Below, piece by piece: positions 1 through 7,839 of a stretch of 64,000 nucleotides of DNA. The notes below the pieces were generated by a model. That model saw only the letters and a program-made list of their open reading frames with translations, was not told the DNA's origin and did no database searches. Numbering within the stretch: position 1 is the stretch's first letter; every line of letters starts with the position of its first letter. Origin of the DNA: a virus; IMG/VR virus record IMGVR_UViG_3300005253_000070; one strand, 5' to 3'. Both the position numbers and the translations under genes were made by a program.

Positions 1-2
1 AG

Positions 3-476
3 TTGCTGTCAGTCTGGCGCGAGTGGCACATGAACGACATGCGTCCCGGATGCAGACACCAAACTCGCAGCGCATCGTGGGATACCACTCGTAAGCTAAC
101 CCTGCACAAGTACACGTGGACACCCCGATACCGCCATATGAGGGAGAACGCAGCCAACGGCATCCTGTCCGATGCACAGTACCATCGCCACAGTGAACGT
201 GTGAAACTTGTTGCCACAGCCTGCAAGAGCAACATCCCTCACAACCACCACGTAGTGCATGCACTTGCTGACAAGCTGATTCGAGAGAGCGGAACCAAGA
301 CAGAGGCCGCAGGATGGGTGCACCCTGAGGAGCATCCCGATGGATTGCTGATGAAGCCCTGCCCAGAATGCGGCTACAAATACGGCTCCGAATGGAAAAG
401 CGAACCTGTGCCCAAGCCCGTGCTTGACTGGCTACGAGCATTGCCCGAGACTGACCGCGTATACCCCTGGGCCTAA
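3..476 (+). CDS. hypothetical protein, possibly 5'-truncated at window edge; C-terminal CxxC (CPECGYKYG)
   Basis: 157-aa ORF from track beginning at the window edge (TTG). Co-oriented with the early arm. Only the CPECG motif is seen and no family is recognised. Confidence 0.45.
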   Translation: MLSVWREWHMNDMRPGCRHQTRSASWDTTRKLTLHKYTWTPRYRHMRENAANGILSDAQYHRHSERVKLVATACKSNIPHNHHVVHALADKLIRESGTKTEAAGWVHPEEHPDGLLMKPCPECGYKYGSEWKSEPVPKPVLDWLRALPETDRVYPWA

Positions 477-508
477 CAGAGTCTCAGCAGCTACAAGGAG
501 AGCACAGC

Positions 509-910
509 ATGACAGTCTTTAGAATCAGCGCAAACCCAACAGACTACGGACCTGACTGCACAGACGGGCCGGCCAGCGCTCGTTCCCTCAAGCGTGCAAT
601 CGAGAACTACATCAAGGGTGCAAGACTCGAATGCGAAGTAGAGATCGTACCGGACTCGGAATCCTTCACCTACAAGTCCACAGGCGACCAAGACGTAATC
701 GACGAGATATGTGACTGGCTTGAGCCTCGATGGCAGAGCCTTCTATCTGACGAGAAGGAGCCTTCGATGCACCTATCAGCCATCAAGCTGCTCTGGGAGA
801 TATGGGCAGGCTTAACGGATGACGATGCCGAAACGATCGTGTCTTGCATAGACATGCTATGCGCGTACCTAACAGAGGAAGAGAAGGCCAGCATGAAGGA
901 GCCCAAGTGA
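509..910 (+). CDS. hypothetical small acidic protein
   Basis: 133-aa ORF with AAGGAG about 8 nt upstream of the ATG. The stop overlaps the next GTG start (GTGA). No motif recognised. Confidence 0.55.
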   Translation: MTVFRISANPTDYGPDCTDGPASARSLKRAIENYIKGARLECEVEIVPDSESFTYKSTGDQDVIDEICDWLEPRWQSLLSDEKEPSMHLSAIKLLWEIWAGLTDDDAETIVSCIDMLCAYLTEEEKASMKEPK

Positions 911-1131
911 ACCCCAATGGCAAGCCTGACACAGAGTTTGTGTCCCATCAGACGTGGGACTCATACGCACGTCGCATAGAGCGCGAGAATCTGAACGCTA
1001 CGGGGACTTCATTAACAGCCGCGAGCATATCCAGAAGAGCCAAACACCTCATCTTGGACGTGCAGACAGACCAAGGTGGGATGATAGTCACCAAAGGATG
1101 GCGAAAGACAATGCGAAGGGAGCCCAAGTGA
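907..1131 (+). CDS. hypothetical protein (74 aa, GTG start)
   Basis: In-frame GTG at 907 inside track ORF 844..1131, preceded by GGAG and overlapping the upstream stop. Ends ...REPK, like the upstream protein (...KEPK). Confidence 0.4.
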   Translation: MNPNGKPDTEFVSHQTWDSYARRIERENLNATGTSLTAASISRRAKHLILDVQTDQGGMIVTKGWRKTMRREPK

Positions 1132-1132
1132 C

Positions 1133-1588
1133 ATGATCACCTACCAGCAAGGCAACATCTTCGACTCGCAGATGGAGTGCCTTGTCAATCCAGTCAACAC
1201 AGTGGGTGTCATGGGCAAAGGCTTGGCCTTGGAGTTCAAGCGTAGGTACCCAGCTATGTTCAGCTCATATGTCCGGCTGTGTAACAGCAAGCAACTGGTC
1301 GTTGGCAATCCACACCTGTGGACCGGCCCGTTTGGGTTCAAGGTGCTGCTCTTCCCAACGAAGAAGCACTGGCGACAGCCATCGAAGGAGCTGTACATCA
1401 AAGGCGGTCTGCGTGTCGTGGCTCAGGCTGTAAGCGCAGGTCTCATAGACAGCATAGCCTTCCCAGCTATAGGCTGCGGGCTTGGTGGTCTCGACTTCGA
1501 GACACAGGTTCGGCCACTGCTAGACAAGTATCTAGCAGACCTCCCAATCGATGTGGAGGTATACATGCCCAAGGAGAGAAAGCGATGA
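1133..1588 (+). CDS. macrodomain protein (ADP-ribose binding/hydrolase, TARG1/DarG-like layout)
   Basis: 151 aa. Has N-terminal GNIF, a glycine loop NPVNTVGVMGKGLALEF and PAIGCGLGGL near the C-terminus, which is the typical macrodomain motif order. Confidence 0.8.
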   Translation: MITYQQGNIFDSQMECLVNPVNTVGVMGKGLALEFKRRYPAMFSSYVRLCNSKQLVVGNPHLWTGPFGFKVLLFPTKKHWRQPSKELYIKGGLRVVAQAVSAGLIDSIAFPAIGCGLGGLDFETQVRPLLDKYLADLPIDVEVYMPKERKR

Positions 1589-2028
1589 GACAGTGCACAA
1601 AGACTGAGTCCATTGACTGCCAAAGGCTGGCCGAGGCAGATTATCAGATAGCCGAGCTGGAAAACGAGATCGCCTTGCTCAAGCTTGAGAAGGGGGGTAT
1701 CAGTGATGGATACTCACGTGTGAAGGCAGAGCTTGACCTGCGCAAGGGACTCAAGCCTGGCCACGTCATCGTGAAGGACAAGCCAGACATGGACATAGAC
1801 ATGCCGGACATGAACATGTATTCGCACTTGGATGTGTTTGCTGTCTACTTGCCCGTTCCTACTGGCGCAAAGGAGTTGCGTGAGAAAGAAGACGCTTATG
1901 ACGCGCTTGATAAGCTCATAGACCAACATATGGAAGCGCTCCAAGAGGACATGGGAGATCTTCCCATTAGGCTAAGCGCCTCCGTAGCCAACGCCAGGTC
2001 CCTTAGGCAGCACAGTATGAAATTCTAA
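1585..2028 (+). CDS. hypothetical coiled-coil protein
   Basis: ATG at 1585 overlaps the macrodomain stop (ATGA). The longer track ORF 1318..2028 overlaps the macro gene out of frame. Heptad-like segment AELENEIALLKLEK. Confidence 0.55.
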   Translation: MRQCTKTESIDCQRLAEADYQIAELENEIALLKLEKGGISDGYSRVKAELDLRKGLKPGHVIVKDKPDMDIDMPDMNMYSHLDVFAVYLPVPTGAKELREKEDAYDALDKLIDQHMEALQEDMGDLPIRLSASVANARSLRQHSMKF

Positions 2029-2038
2029 GGAGTAAGCA

Positions 2039-2284
2039 ATGAACGTCATTGTCGCTGCATCGAATCAGACAGAGTCACAGCCTATCCCTGTGGTCACGTC
2101 GATTACAGGAATGGACATCTGCCCCTTGTGTGGGTCGGATGAGACAAAGGGTGAGTCGTTCAACACCGAGGGGGACGATCGCATCTCACAAGAGATGTCG
2201 TGCCTCGTGTGTGAGTCGGAGTGGATGGCCTACTACACCCCTACCCGAAAAGTTGTAACCTTTGTGGGAAAGAAAGGAGCATAG
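2039..2284 (+). CDS. small zinc-ribbon protein, paralog family member 1
   Basis: 81 aa with CPLCG-x24-CLVCESEW-x3-Y. Same motif skeleton as 7355, 7600, 10782 and 14712. AAGGAG upstream. Confidence 0.65.
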   Translation: MNVIVAASNQTESQPIPVVTSITGMDICPLCGSDETKGESFNTEGDDRISQEMSCLVCESEWMAYYTPTRKVVTFVGKKGA

Positions 2285-2736
2285 TGTACGAGGTTCTTGT
2301 AGCGGGTCCTGATGGTGAGCTTTGGGAGGAAGGCAAGGAGGCTCTGGCTGCACCTGCACAGATTTTCGAGGTGACGGTCACTGAGCACATCCGCCCAGTG
2401 AGTGGGTCTGTCAAGTCGTTCCTCTCCGACGCTCACAACGTCGGGTGGCTGTTCGATGAGGGAGACGAGCACGGGTGCAACGACGCGGAGCTATTCAGGA
2501 TATGGCACAGGAGGCTATGGCTCTACGTCATATCCGACTTTCCCATTCTGACTCGCCTCGTTGATCGGTCTGGCGGTGTGAGGATCACAATCATGAGAGC
2601 TGGGGACTTGTTCCTCCTCCCTAATAGGGGCTACTTCTCATACAGCTACAGAAGCAGCCCGATAACGCATGCCATCATGGTACTGGATACGATGGATACG
2701 CTGCTCGAACGCATCACAAAGAAGGAGAAACCATGA
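2284..2736 (+). CDS. hypothetical protein
   Basis: GTG at 2284 follows AAGGAG with 5-nt spacing and overlaps the upstream stop by 1 nt. It is in frame with track ORF 2221..2736. No motif recognised. Confidence 0.5.
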   Translation: MYEVLVAGPDGELWEEGKEALAAPAQIFEVTVTEHIRPVSGSVKSFLSDAHNVGWLFDEGDEHGCNDAELFRIWHRRLWLYVISDFPILTRLVDRSGGVRITIMRAGDLFLLPNRGYFSYSYRSSPITHAIMVLDTMDTLLERITKKEKP

Positions 2737-3938
2737 CATCCAACCTCTATAGGATGTACGATTTTGAGCTACGGACCTTGGTACAAAAGCTCCAAGAGGA
2801 AGCAAGACAGGGAAACCTCACGAGAGCGGCCTCCTCCCATAGTCTCAACAAAATCCTTGGGGAGCTGCGCCAAGCAGAGGAGTGCGCCAACAGGCTGAGG
2901 ACACAAAGAGACAAGGCAGTCGAAGAGTACGAGGACACGCACAAGGACCTGCTTATTGTAGAATCTCAAGTCACTGCATACAGGACAAGAGTTGATGAAG
3001 GCGAGGCACAGTACGCCATTCTATCAAAGCAGTGGAGCTCCCTACTCAGTCATAAGAACTATGTAGAACGACAGGTTGGCAAGTTGCGGGTGGAGGTCAA
3101 AGAGCTGAAGTCCGAAGCCGTATCGAACCGAGCCCATATCTCATTCCAGATGGGCAGAGCTGAGGGTGGCAGCCTGTGTGTCAAGCAGCTTAAGACGCAA
3201 GTGGAGGAACTCATAGAGGAGTGGAACAAAGCAGAAGCCAAGGTTGGCAATCTCTCTACCATCAAGGCTGATCAGGCTATGCGCATCGTGAGAGACGAGA
3301 GAGATGACCTCAGGGCACGACTGAATGCATCTATCGAACAGGTGAATAGGATCGGCTATCAGAGTAGCCTCGACGAGGCTTGCTTGGCTGCCTCTCGTCA
3401 GTCCGTTCGGGAGCTTGGGGGTGCTCTCGCTTGCAAGGAGAGACGCATAGTCGAACTCCAAGAGGGCCACGAACAAGCGTGTCAAAGTCGAGACTACTCC
3501 CAGGTCCGTTGGGAGAAGTTCTCTAAGAAGAACACCGAGCTGGAAGCGCAGCTAGCGAATACACACCGAGACTTGCTCACCGTAGAGAGCCGTGTCGCTT
3601 CGCTCATAGAGAGATTCGAGACTCTACAAGCTGAGCAGAACGATCAAGGCAAGGTATCCCGACTTGAGCAGCAGCTTAAAACTGTAACAGAGGCATACAA
3701 CGCCCTTCACCTGGAGACTCAAGCTATCATCAACGTCGTGCCCACCGCCATCAAGGTTAGGGACAACCATGAAAATGGTCCCTTGTACTGCATCTACTGC
3801 CACAGGGAGTTTGAGTCGTTCGTAGATGCCAGGGACAAAGAGCAGCACGAGATGGACTGCCATTGGGTAGAGTTGGAAGAAGTATCTCTGTGGACAGAGC
3901 AAGACGTGCTTAGAGCAGTTCAAGGAGAGACAGGATGA
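2733..3938 (+). CDS. long coiled-coil protein with C-terminal C-x-Y-C...H-x4-C-H zinc-finger-like module
   Basis: 401 aa, E/Q/R/L-rich heptad sequence throughout. C-terminus is CIYCHREFESFVDARDKEQHEMDCHW. ATGA overlap with the upstream gene. Confidence 0.65.
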   Translation: MTSNLYRMYDFELRTLVQKLQEEARQGNLTRAASSHSLNKILGELRQAEECANRLRTQRDKAVEEYEDTHKDLLIVESQVTAYRTRVDEGEAQYAILSKQWSSLLSHKNYVERQVGKLRVEVKELKSEAVSNRAHISFQMGRAEGGSLCVKQLKTQVEELIEEWNKAEAKVGNLSTIKADQAMRIVRDERDDLRARLNASIEQVNRIGYQSSLDEACLAASRQSVRELGGALACKERRIVELQEGHEQACQSRDYSQVRWEKFSKKNTELEAQLANTHRDLLTVESRVASLIERFETLQAEQNDQGKVSRLEQQLKTVTEAYNALHLETQAIINVVPTAIKVRDNHENGPLYCIYCHREFESFVDARDKEQHEMDCHWVELEEVSLWTEQDVLRAVQGETG

Positions 3939-4342
3939 ATCAGCGAACGATCAATACGATACTAGCAGCCCTCAGAAGCTGGCAACGGCACCTCCCTGGG
4001 GGAGACTCGGATTTCGGTCCAACAGACGAGAACACGGACATAGCTACAGATGGGGGGACACTACCCCTCTCTTTCGTAGAGATAGACACCCTCTGTGAAC
4101 AGATTAACGAGAACGGCCTTCGACTCACGACAGACGACAGGGACATCGCTCAGCCCCTCTTCAGTTTGGTCGATCAGGGGTTCTCAGTTCGCTTTGCTCC
4201 ACACGGCCCAACGAAAGAGCTAGAGATCGTGATAGAGGAAGAGAAGGGCCTAACGCACATGGAAGTGTACACGAGGAAGCACAGGGCCGACGCAGTACTA
4301 GCCCTTCTGAACAGAGCCATGCACATGCGAAGGACTACCTGA
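3935..4342 (+). CDS. hypothetical protein
   Basis: 135-aa ORF with start overlapping the upstream stop (ATGA). No motif recognised. Confidence 0.55.
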   Translation: MNQRTINTILAALRSWQRHLPGGDSDFGPTDENTDIATDGGTLPLSFVEIDTLCEQINENGLRLTTDDRDIAQPLFSLVDQGFSVRFAPHGPTKELEIVIEEEKGLTHMEVYTRKHRADAVLALLNRAMHMRRTT

Positions 4343-4845
4343 TGGAGTTTCTGCTCGGAAGAGATTACCCACATCTATGTGACACATGCAGAGCAGCCAT
4401 TGACACGGCTGCTCTGCTGCTTGGGGAGGAGGGTCCCGATACAGACAACATCGAGGCACCGATCGACTTCGTCTATGACCACAGCCTCTACTGTGGTGGT
4501 CGCCAGACAGCATGCTACCATCCCACGAGGGACTACATCCAGTGGTACTTCATCCGCGTAGGTGACGACGATGTAGAGGGTCACGGGGACATAGCCAAAG
4601 CCATCGAACGAGCTGAATACTACAGAGACAGGTCGCACATTGGAAACCTGGACCTTCGCTTGATTGACGATGTTACAGGGGAGGTACTCTACTCCCTGTT
4701 CACCTACGGAAAGCATCAGCTTCGTGAGGAGAGACACGGAAGCATCAAGGATCTTAGAGAGAGGTTGGGTGTGCCCGACCCATCCGAATCCACTGAGCTG
4801 GTAGAGTTGTGCAAGAGTCTAGGTCTGAGCAAGGAGAAATCATAG
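4342..4845 (+). CDS. hypothetical protein
   Basis: 167-aa ORF. Its start overlaps the upstream stop by 1 nt (TGATG). No motif recognised. Confidence 0.55.
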   Translation: MEFLLGRDYPHLCDTCRAAIDTAALLLGEEGPDTDNIEAPIDFVYDHSLYCGGRQTACYHPTRDYIQWYFIRVGDDDVEGHGDIAKAIERAEYYRDRSHIGNLDLRLIDDVTGEVLYSLFTYGKHQLREERHGSIKDLRERLGVPDPSESTELVELCKSLGLSKEKS

Positions 4846-5660
4846 TGAAAGTGAATCTGAAATCGTTCAGCATCAAGCGTCGTGTACAACAGGATGGGAG
4901 GGTGTCCCTTGCCTTTCGGGTGTCGTTTACTGACAGTGACCACGACATCTCCCCGATGCTTCACTGCACACAGCACATCGATGAGTTTTGCATGAGGCTT
5001 CGAGGAATTATGGGATTCTGGGCTGCCCATGCATTTGAGGATGGGTTGTACTACCTTCTGCCATCCCCTACAGGCATCAGGTTCCTCGTGTCCGCTGGAT
5101 CCTTGTTCAAGCGTGTTAAGTCGCCTGTGGAACCAGGTGAGTCGGACGACCCCTTCGATATTCTACGAGGGTACAGGTATGTCGACGAGCAGGTACTTAG
5201 AGGATTTGAGACGGTCCAACTGACCTTCCCAGGTGATGAGCTCGCTGACTTGATAGACAAGACAAGGCTTAGCTACAAGGTCAGGGACTTAGCCAAGGGA
5301 GTCAGCGCCGAGATCGATGAGGTGGCTGCGGCTCGTCTCCGGTACAAATACCGAGAGGTAGCCAAGATCATCTTTCGTAACGATGAAACGAAGGAGCGCT
5401 TCATCAAGGCCCTGCATGGTCCGCATGCTGAGTCATTCAGGGACTGTGTTCAGGCCACCTACCGTGGAACTAGAAACATGAGCATGGGAAACGTAATGCA
5501 CCTTGAGGTGCATTCGGATGGTGCAAGTTCCTTCATGTTCATTCGACGAAACATGGAGAAGCTGGATGAGTACGGTCGGGGAGCCTACTGCGGCAACGGG
5601 GGTTGGATAAACCACCATAATGCTGATGGCTCCTCCGCTGGGTTCAGCACGCACACATAG
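4845..5660 (+). CDS. hypothetical protein
   Basis: GTG at 4845 follows AAGGAGAA and overlaps the upstream stop by 1 nt. In frame with track ORF 4809..5660. Confidence 0.55.
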   Translation: MKVNLKSFSIKRRVQQDGRVSLAFRVSFTDSDHDISPMLHCTQHIDEFCMRLRGIMGFWAAHAFEDGLYYLLPSPTGIRFLVSAGSLFKRVKSPVEPGESDDPFDILRGYRYVDEQVLRGFETVQLTFPGDELADLIDKTRLSYKVRDLAKGVSAEIDEVAAARLRYKYREVAKIIFRNDETKERFIKALHGPHAESFRDCVQATYRGTRNMSMGNVMHLEVHSDGASSFMFIRRNMEKLDEYGRGAYCGNGGWINHHNADGSSAGFSTHT

Positions 5661-5671
5661 AAAGGAGAGAC

Positions 5672-5914
5672 ATGACAAATCCAACGATAGACGCTTTGAC
5701 TATGGCTGTCGTCGATGTCAATGGGACAACACCAACGTACCATGAAGGCTTGGGCTTTTCATTCTCAAGTCTCCAATCTGAAGCCAACTTCTGCTATGGT
5801 CTTGTGTGTCGCGCGGTGCCCTCCTGTTGTTGGCTACAGCCAGAGAACTCAGCCAGTGACAAGAGTGGCTGCAAAAACTGCACGACAGACTGCTCTGGTG
5901 CAGGGAAGGGGTAA
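5672..5914 (+). CDS. small Cys-rich hypothetical protein
   Basis: 80 aa with AAAGGAGAGAC before the ATG. Eight Cys in the C-terminal 45 aa (CYGLVCRAVPSCCW...CKNCTTDC). Confidence 0.45.
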   Translation: MTNPTIDALTMAVVDVNGTTPTYHEGLGFSFSSLQSEANFCYGLVCRAVPSCCWLQPENSASDKSGCKNCTTDCSGAGKG

Positions 5915-5915
5915 C

Positions 5916-6323
5916 ATGCTAGCAAAGGGAACGATCGTCATTTACATAGAGAAAGGAAGCTTTCAAGAAGCGTACTGTGTAGGAGAGCGCCGTCCATTCA
6001 TCATCTACGACTTTGACGATGACGCCGAAGACATCAAGCACATCAGGGAGGCAACGACTGCACCTACTGTGCCTGAAGACATACTGGAGGACATAGAGGA
6101 AGAGCGAAAGAAAAAGGCGGCCAATGAGATTGACATACTGAAGACACACCTGCGCCGGCTCACATCCCTACCTATGACTACCGTCCACCTAGCAGCCTGG
6201 GTGTGTAACTACTGCAACATTCGCATAAGCCTAGCCAAGGGATCTCCTAAGGACATCGAGAACCATATGGATGACTGCATCTGGGCTCTAGCCAAGAAGG
6301 CGTTGGAGAACGACGACGGATGA
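5916..6323 (+). CDS. hypothetical protein with C-terminal C-x-Y-C...H-x3-C-x-W module
   Basis: ATG at 5916 lies directly after the 5914 stop with GGAAGGGG upstream. In frame with track ORF 5715..6323. C-terminus is CNYCNIRISLAKGSPKDIENHMDDCIW. Confidence 0.5.
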   Translation: MLAKGTIVIYIEKGSFQEAYCVGERRPFIIYDFDDDAEDIKHIREATTAPTVPEDILEDIEEERKKKAANEIDILKTHLRRLTSLPMTTVHLAAWVCNYCNIRISLAKGSPKDIENHMDDCIWALAKKALENDDG

Positions 6324-6421
6324 AAATGTGGGAGTTCATCGCCCTCGTCATCCTTGGTATAGTCTTCCTCATCCCTGAGACCTTTGCTGACTTTGTCTTC
6401 AAGCTGCTGGGGGTAGAATGA
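6320..6421 (+). CDS. possible 33-aa hydrophobic (single-TM) peptide
   Basis: Below the ORF-track cutoff. ATG overlaps the upstream stop (ATGA) and its own stop overlaps the next ATG (ATGA). Sequence is MKMWEFIALVILGIVFLIPETFADFVFKLLGVE. Confidence 0.35.
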   Translation: MKMWEFIALVILGIVFLIPETFADFVFKLLGVE

Positions 6422-6639
6422 GCAGACTAACATGTCCCATCTGTGACAAGTCTCTATTCTATGAGCAAACAGTCAGCGAGTCTGGATTTCTTGAGGTCCA
6501 GGGACCCTCTATCTCGCTGGAGTGGCATGACACAGAGTCCCGTGGTGGACTCATTATCTCTTGCGCGACGAAGGATTGCGAGTTTGAGCTGGAAAACTTT
6601 CCCAAGCTCAATCGCAGGATCACATTGAACTTAGGGTAG
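6418..6639 (+). CDS. small CxxC protein (possible distant zinc-ribbon family member)
   Basis: 73 aa with N-terminal CPIC and a later C-x4-C (CATKDC). Lacks the W/Y tail of the main family. Confidence 0.5.
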   Translation: MSRLTCPICDKSLFYEQTVSESGFLEVQGPSISLEWHDTESRGGLIISCATKDCEFELENFPKLNRRITLNLG

Positions 6640-6650
6640 GGAGAAGAGCA

Positions 6651-6926
6651 ATGACTGAAGAGTTCGTATCTTACGCTTGTTACTTTCGCCTGACTAGGAA
6701 GCACAAGTGGCGTCGTCAAATGACCGGCCATGGTCCAGATGTGAACGAGCTGGAAGAGCAGTGTCGGCGACTCCTACCTGCCTATCATGCCGAAGGAAAG
6801 ACAGCGTCTTACGCTATCGTCATAGCAGACAGGCCGATGACATTGCCAAACACGCTGTGGAACGATCAGCTAATGGACATACTCGAGACACAGAGGAGAA
6901 TCATTCATGTACCCGATACAGCATGA
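6651..6926 (+). CDS. hypothetical protein
   Basis: 91-aa ORF, GGGAGAAGAGCA before the ATG. Confidence 0.5.
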   Translation: MTEEFVSYACYFRLTRKHKWRRQMTGHGPDVNELEEQCRRLLPAYHAEGKTASYAIVIADRPMTLPNTLWNDQLMDILETQRRIIHVPDTA

Positions 6927-7377
6927 GGGAAAGGTGTACCTAGAAGATGGGCTGACTTCCCCCGGTCCAGACACATTCGTGTGTCACAGGTGTGGAAAGA
7001 CTGTCGTTGTTAACAAGACAGACCTCTGTCCTAACTATGCTATCTTGAGGACTGGAGACGGCGAGGATGTCAGACTGTGCATCTGGTGCGCCTCTGATCT
7101 GGAGAGGGAGTGGATGCTCTCCAATGGCAGGACCTGCCTTTACCTGCAAGAGGCAGATGGAATACCCAAAGAGGTCACTGACTGGCGTGGTATATTGCGC
7201 TTCAAGGTTATGGAGTACCGATTCGGTAGGCACAACATCGCAGGCAGTCGGACAGACGTGTGGTTCTGGGGTCCGGACAGGCACCTCTGGTGGGGTGTCC
7301 TGTATGGGCAAAACACTCAGCTGATTCACTGTAAGAGGACAAAGGAGAAGAAAGATGACCGAGTCCACAGGGAGTAA
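6907..7377 (+). CDS. hypothetical Cys-cluster protein
   Basis: 156 aa with GAGGAG RBS. Contains CHRCGKTVVVNKTDLCPNY...LCIWC, four Cys pairs consistent with Zn binding. Confidence 0.55.
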   Translation: MYPIQHEGKVYLEDGLTSPGPDTFVCHRCGKTVVVNKTDLCPNYAILRTGDGEDVRLCIWCASDLEREWMLSNGRTCLYLQEADGIPKEVTDWRGILRFKVMEYRFGRHNIAGSRTDVWFWGPDRHLWWGVLYGQNTQLIHCKRTKEKKDDRVHRE

Positions 7378-7600
7378 CAAGAGTGTAAAGCTGACACAGC
7401 AGCAGAAGGATGACTACCTGGAGTTCGACGCTTCCTGTTGCCCAATCTGCAACGATGACCGGCTGTCTTTGGGAAAGCTGAAGCACCCATCGAACATCTT
7501 GATCATACAAAGGAGCACGTGCAGGGCCTGCGGAGCCGAGTGGCTAGAGCAATATGCTATGAACGATATCATTCTAACGAAGGAAGGATCGGATCTCTAA
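7355..7600 (+). CDS. small zinc-ribbon protein, paralog family member 2
   Basis: 81 aa with LTQQQKDDYL...CCPICN-x23-CRACGAEW-x3-Y. AAGGAGAAG RBS. Confidence 0.65.
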   Translation: MTESTGSNKSVKLTQQQKDDYLEFDASCCPICNDDRLSLGKLKHPSNILIIQRSTCRACGAEWLEQYAMNDIILTKEGSDL

Positions 7601-7839
7601 TGGGAACAGAGCTGACTGAAGAACAAAAGATACACTACCTAACCGTAGCCCTCGGGGATAGGTGTCCATTCTGTGGCTGCACAGACATTGAATCGATCTA
7701 CGATGGGCCAATTACCACGCAGGACTGGGAGGTCATCATGGACATTCGCTGCCCCGACTGCAAAGCCAAGTGGCGAGACATCTATACCTTGTCGGATGTG
7801 GAAGACATAGAAGAGGAAGATTCGCATGACAACGCGTGA
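7600..7839 (+). CDS. small zinc-ribbon protein, paralog family member 3
   Basis: ATG at 7600 overlaps the upstream stop (TAATG) and is in frame with track ORF 7519..7839. Motifs LTEEQKIHYL...CPFCG-x24-CPDCKAKW-x3-Y. Confidence 0.65.
   Translation: MGTELTEEQKIHYLTVALGDRCPFCGCTDIESIYDGPITTQDWEVIMDIRCPDCKAKWRDIYTLSDVEDIEEEDSHDNA

Noticed and set aside
898-1131. 13-nt repeat GGAGCCCAAGTGA at 898-910 and 1119-1131
   Set aside because: It is explained by two adjacent small genes sharing a C-terminal ...EPK-stop plus an embedded GGAG. It is too short to call a regulatory element and may simply reflect an old tandem duplication.
1318-1584. N-terminal extension of track ORF 1318..2028
   Set aside because: It overlaps the macrodomain gene out of frame. 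The ATG at 1585 gives a standard ATGA-coupled start.
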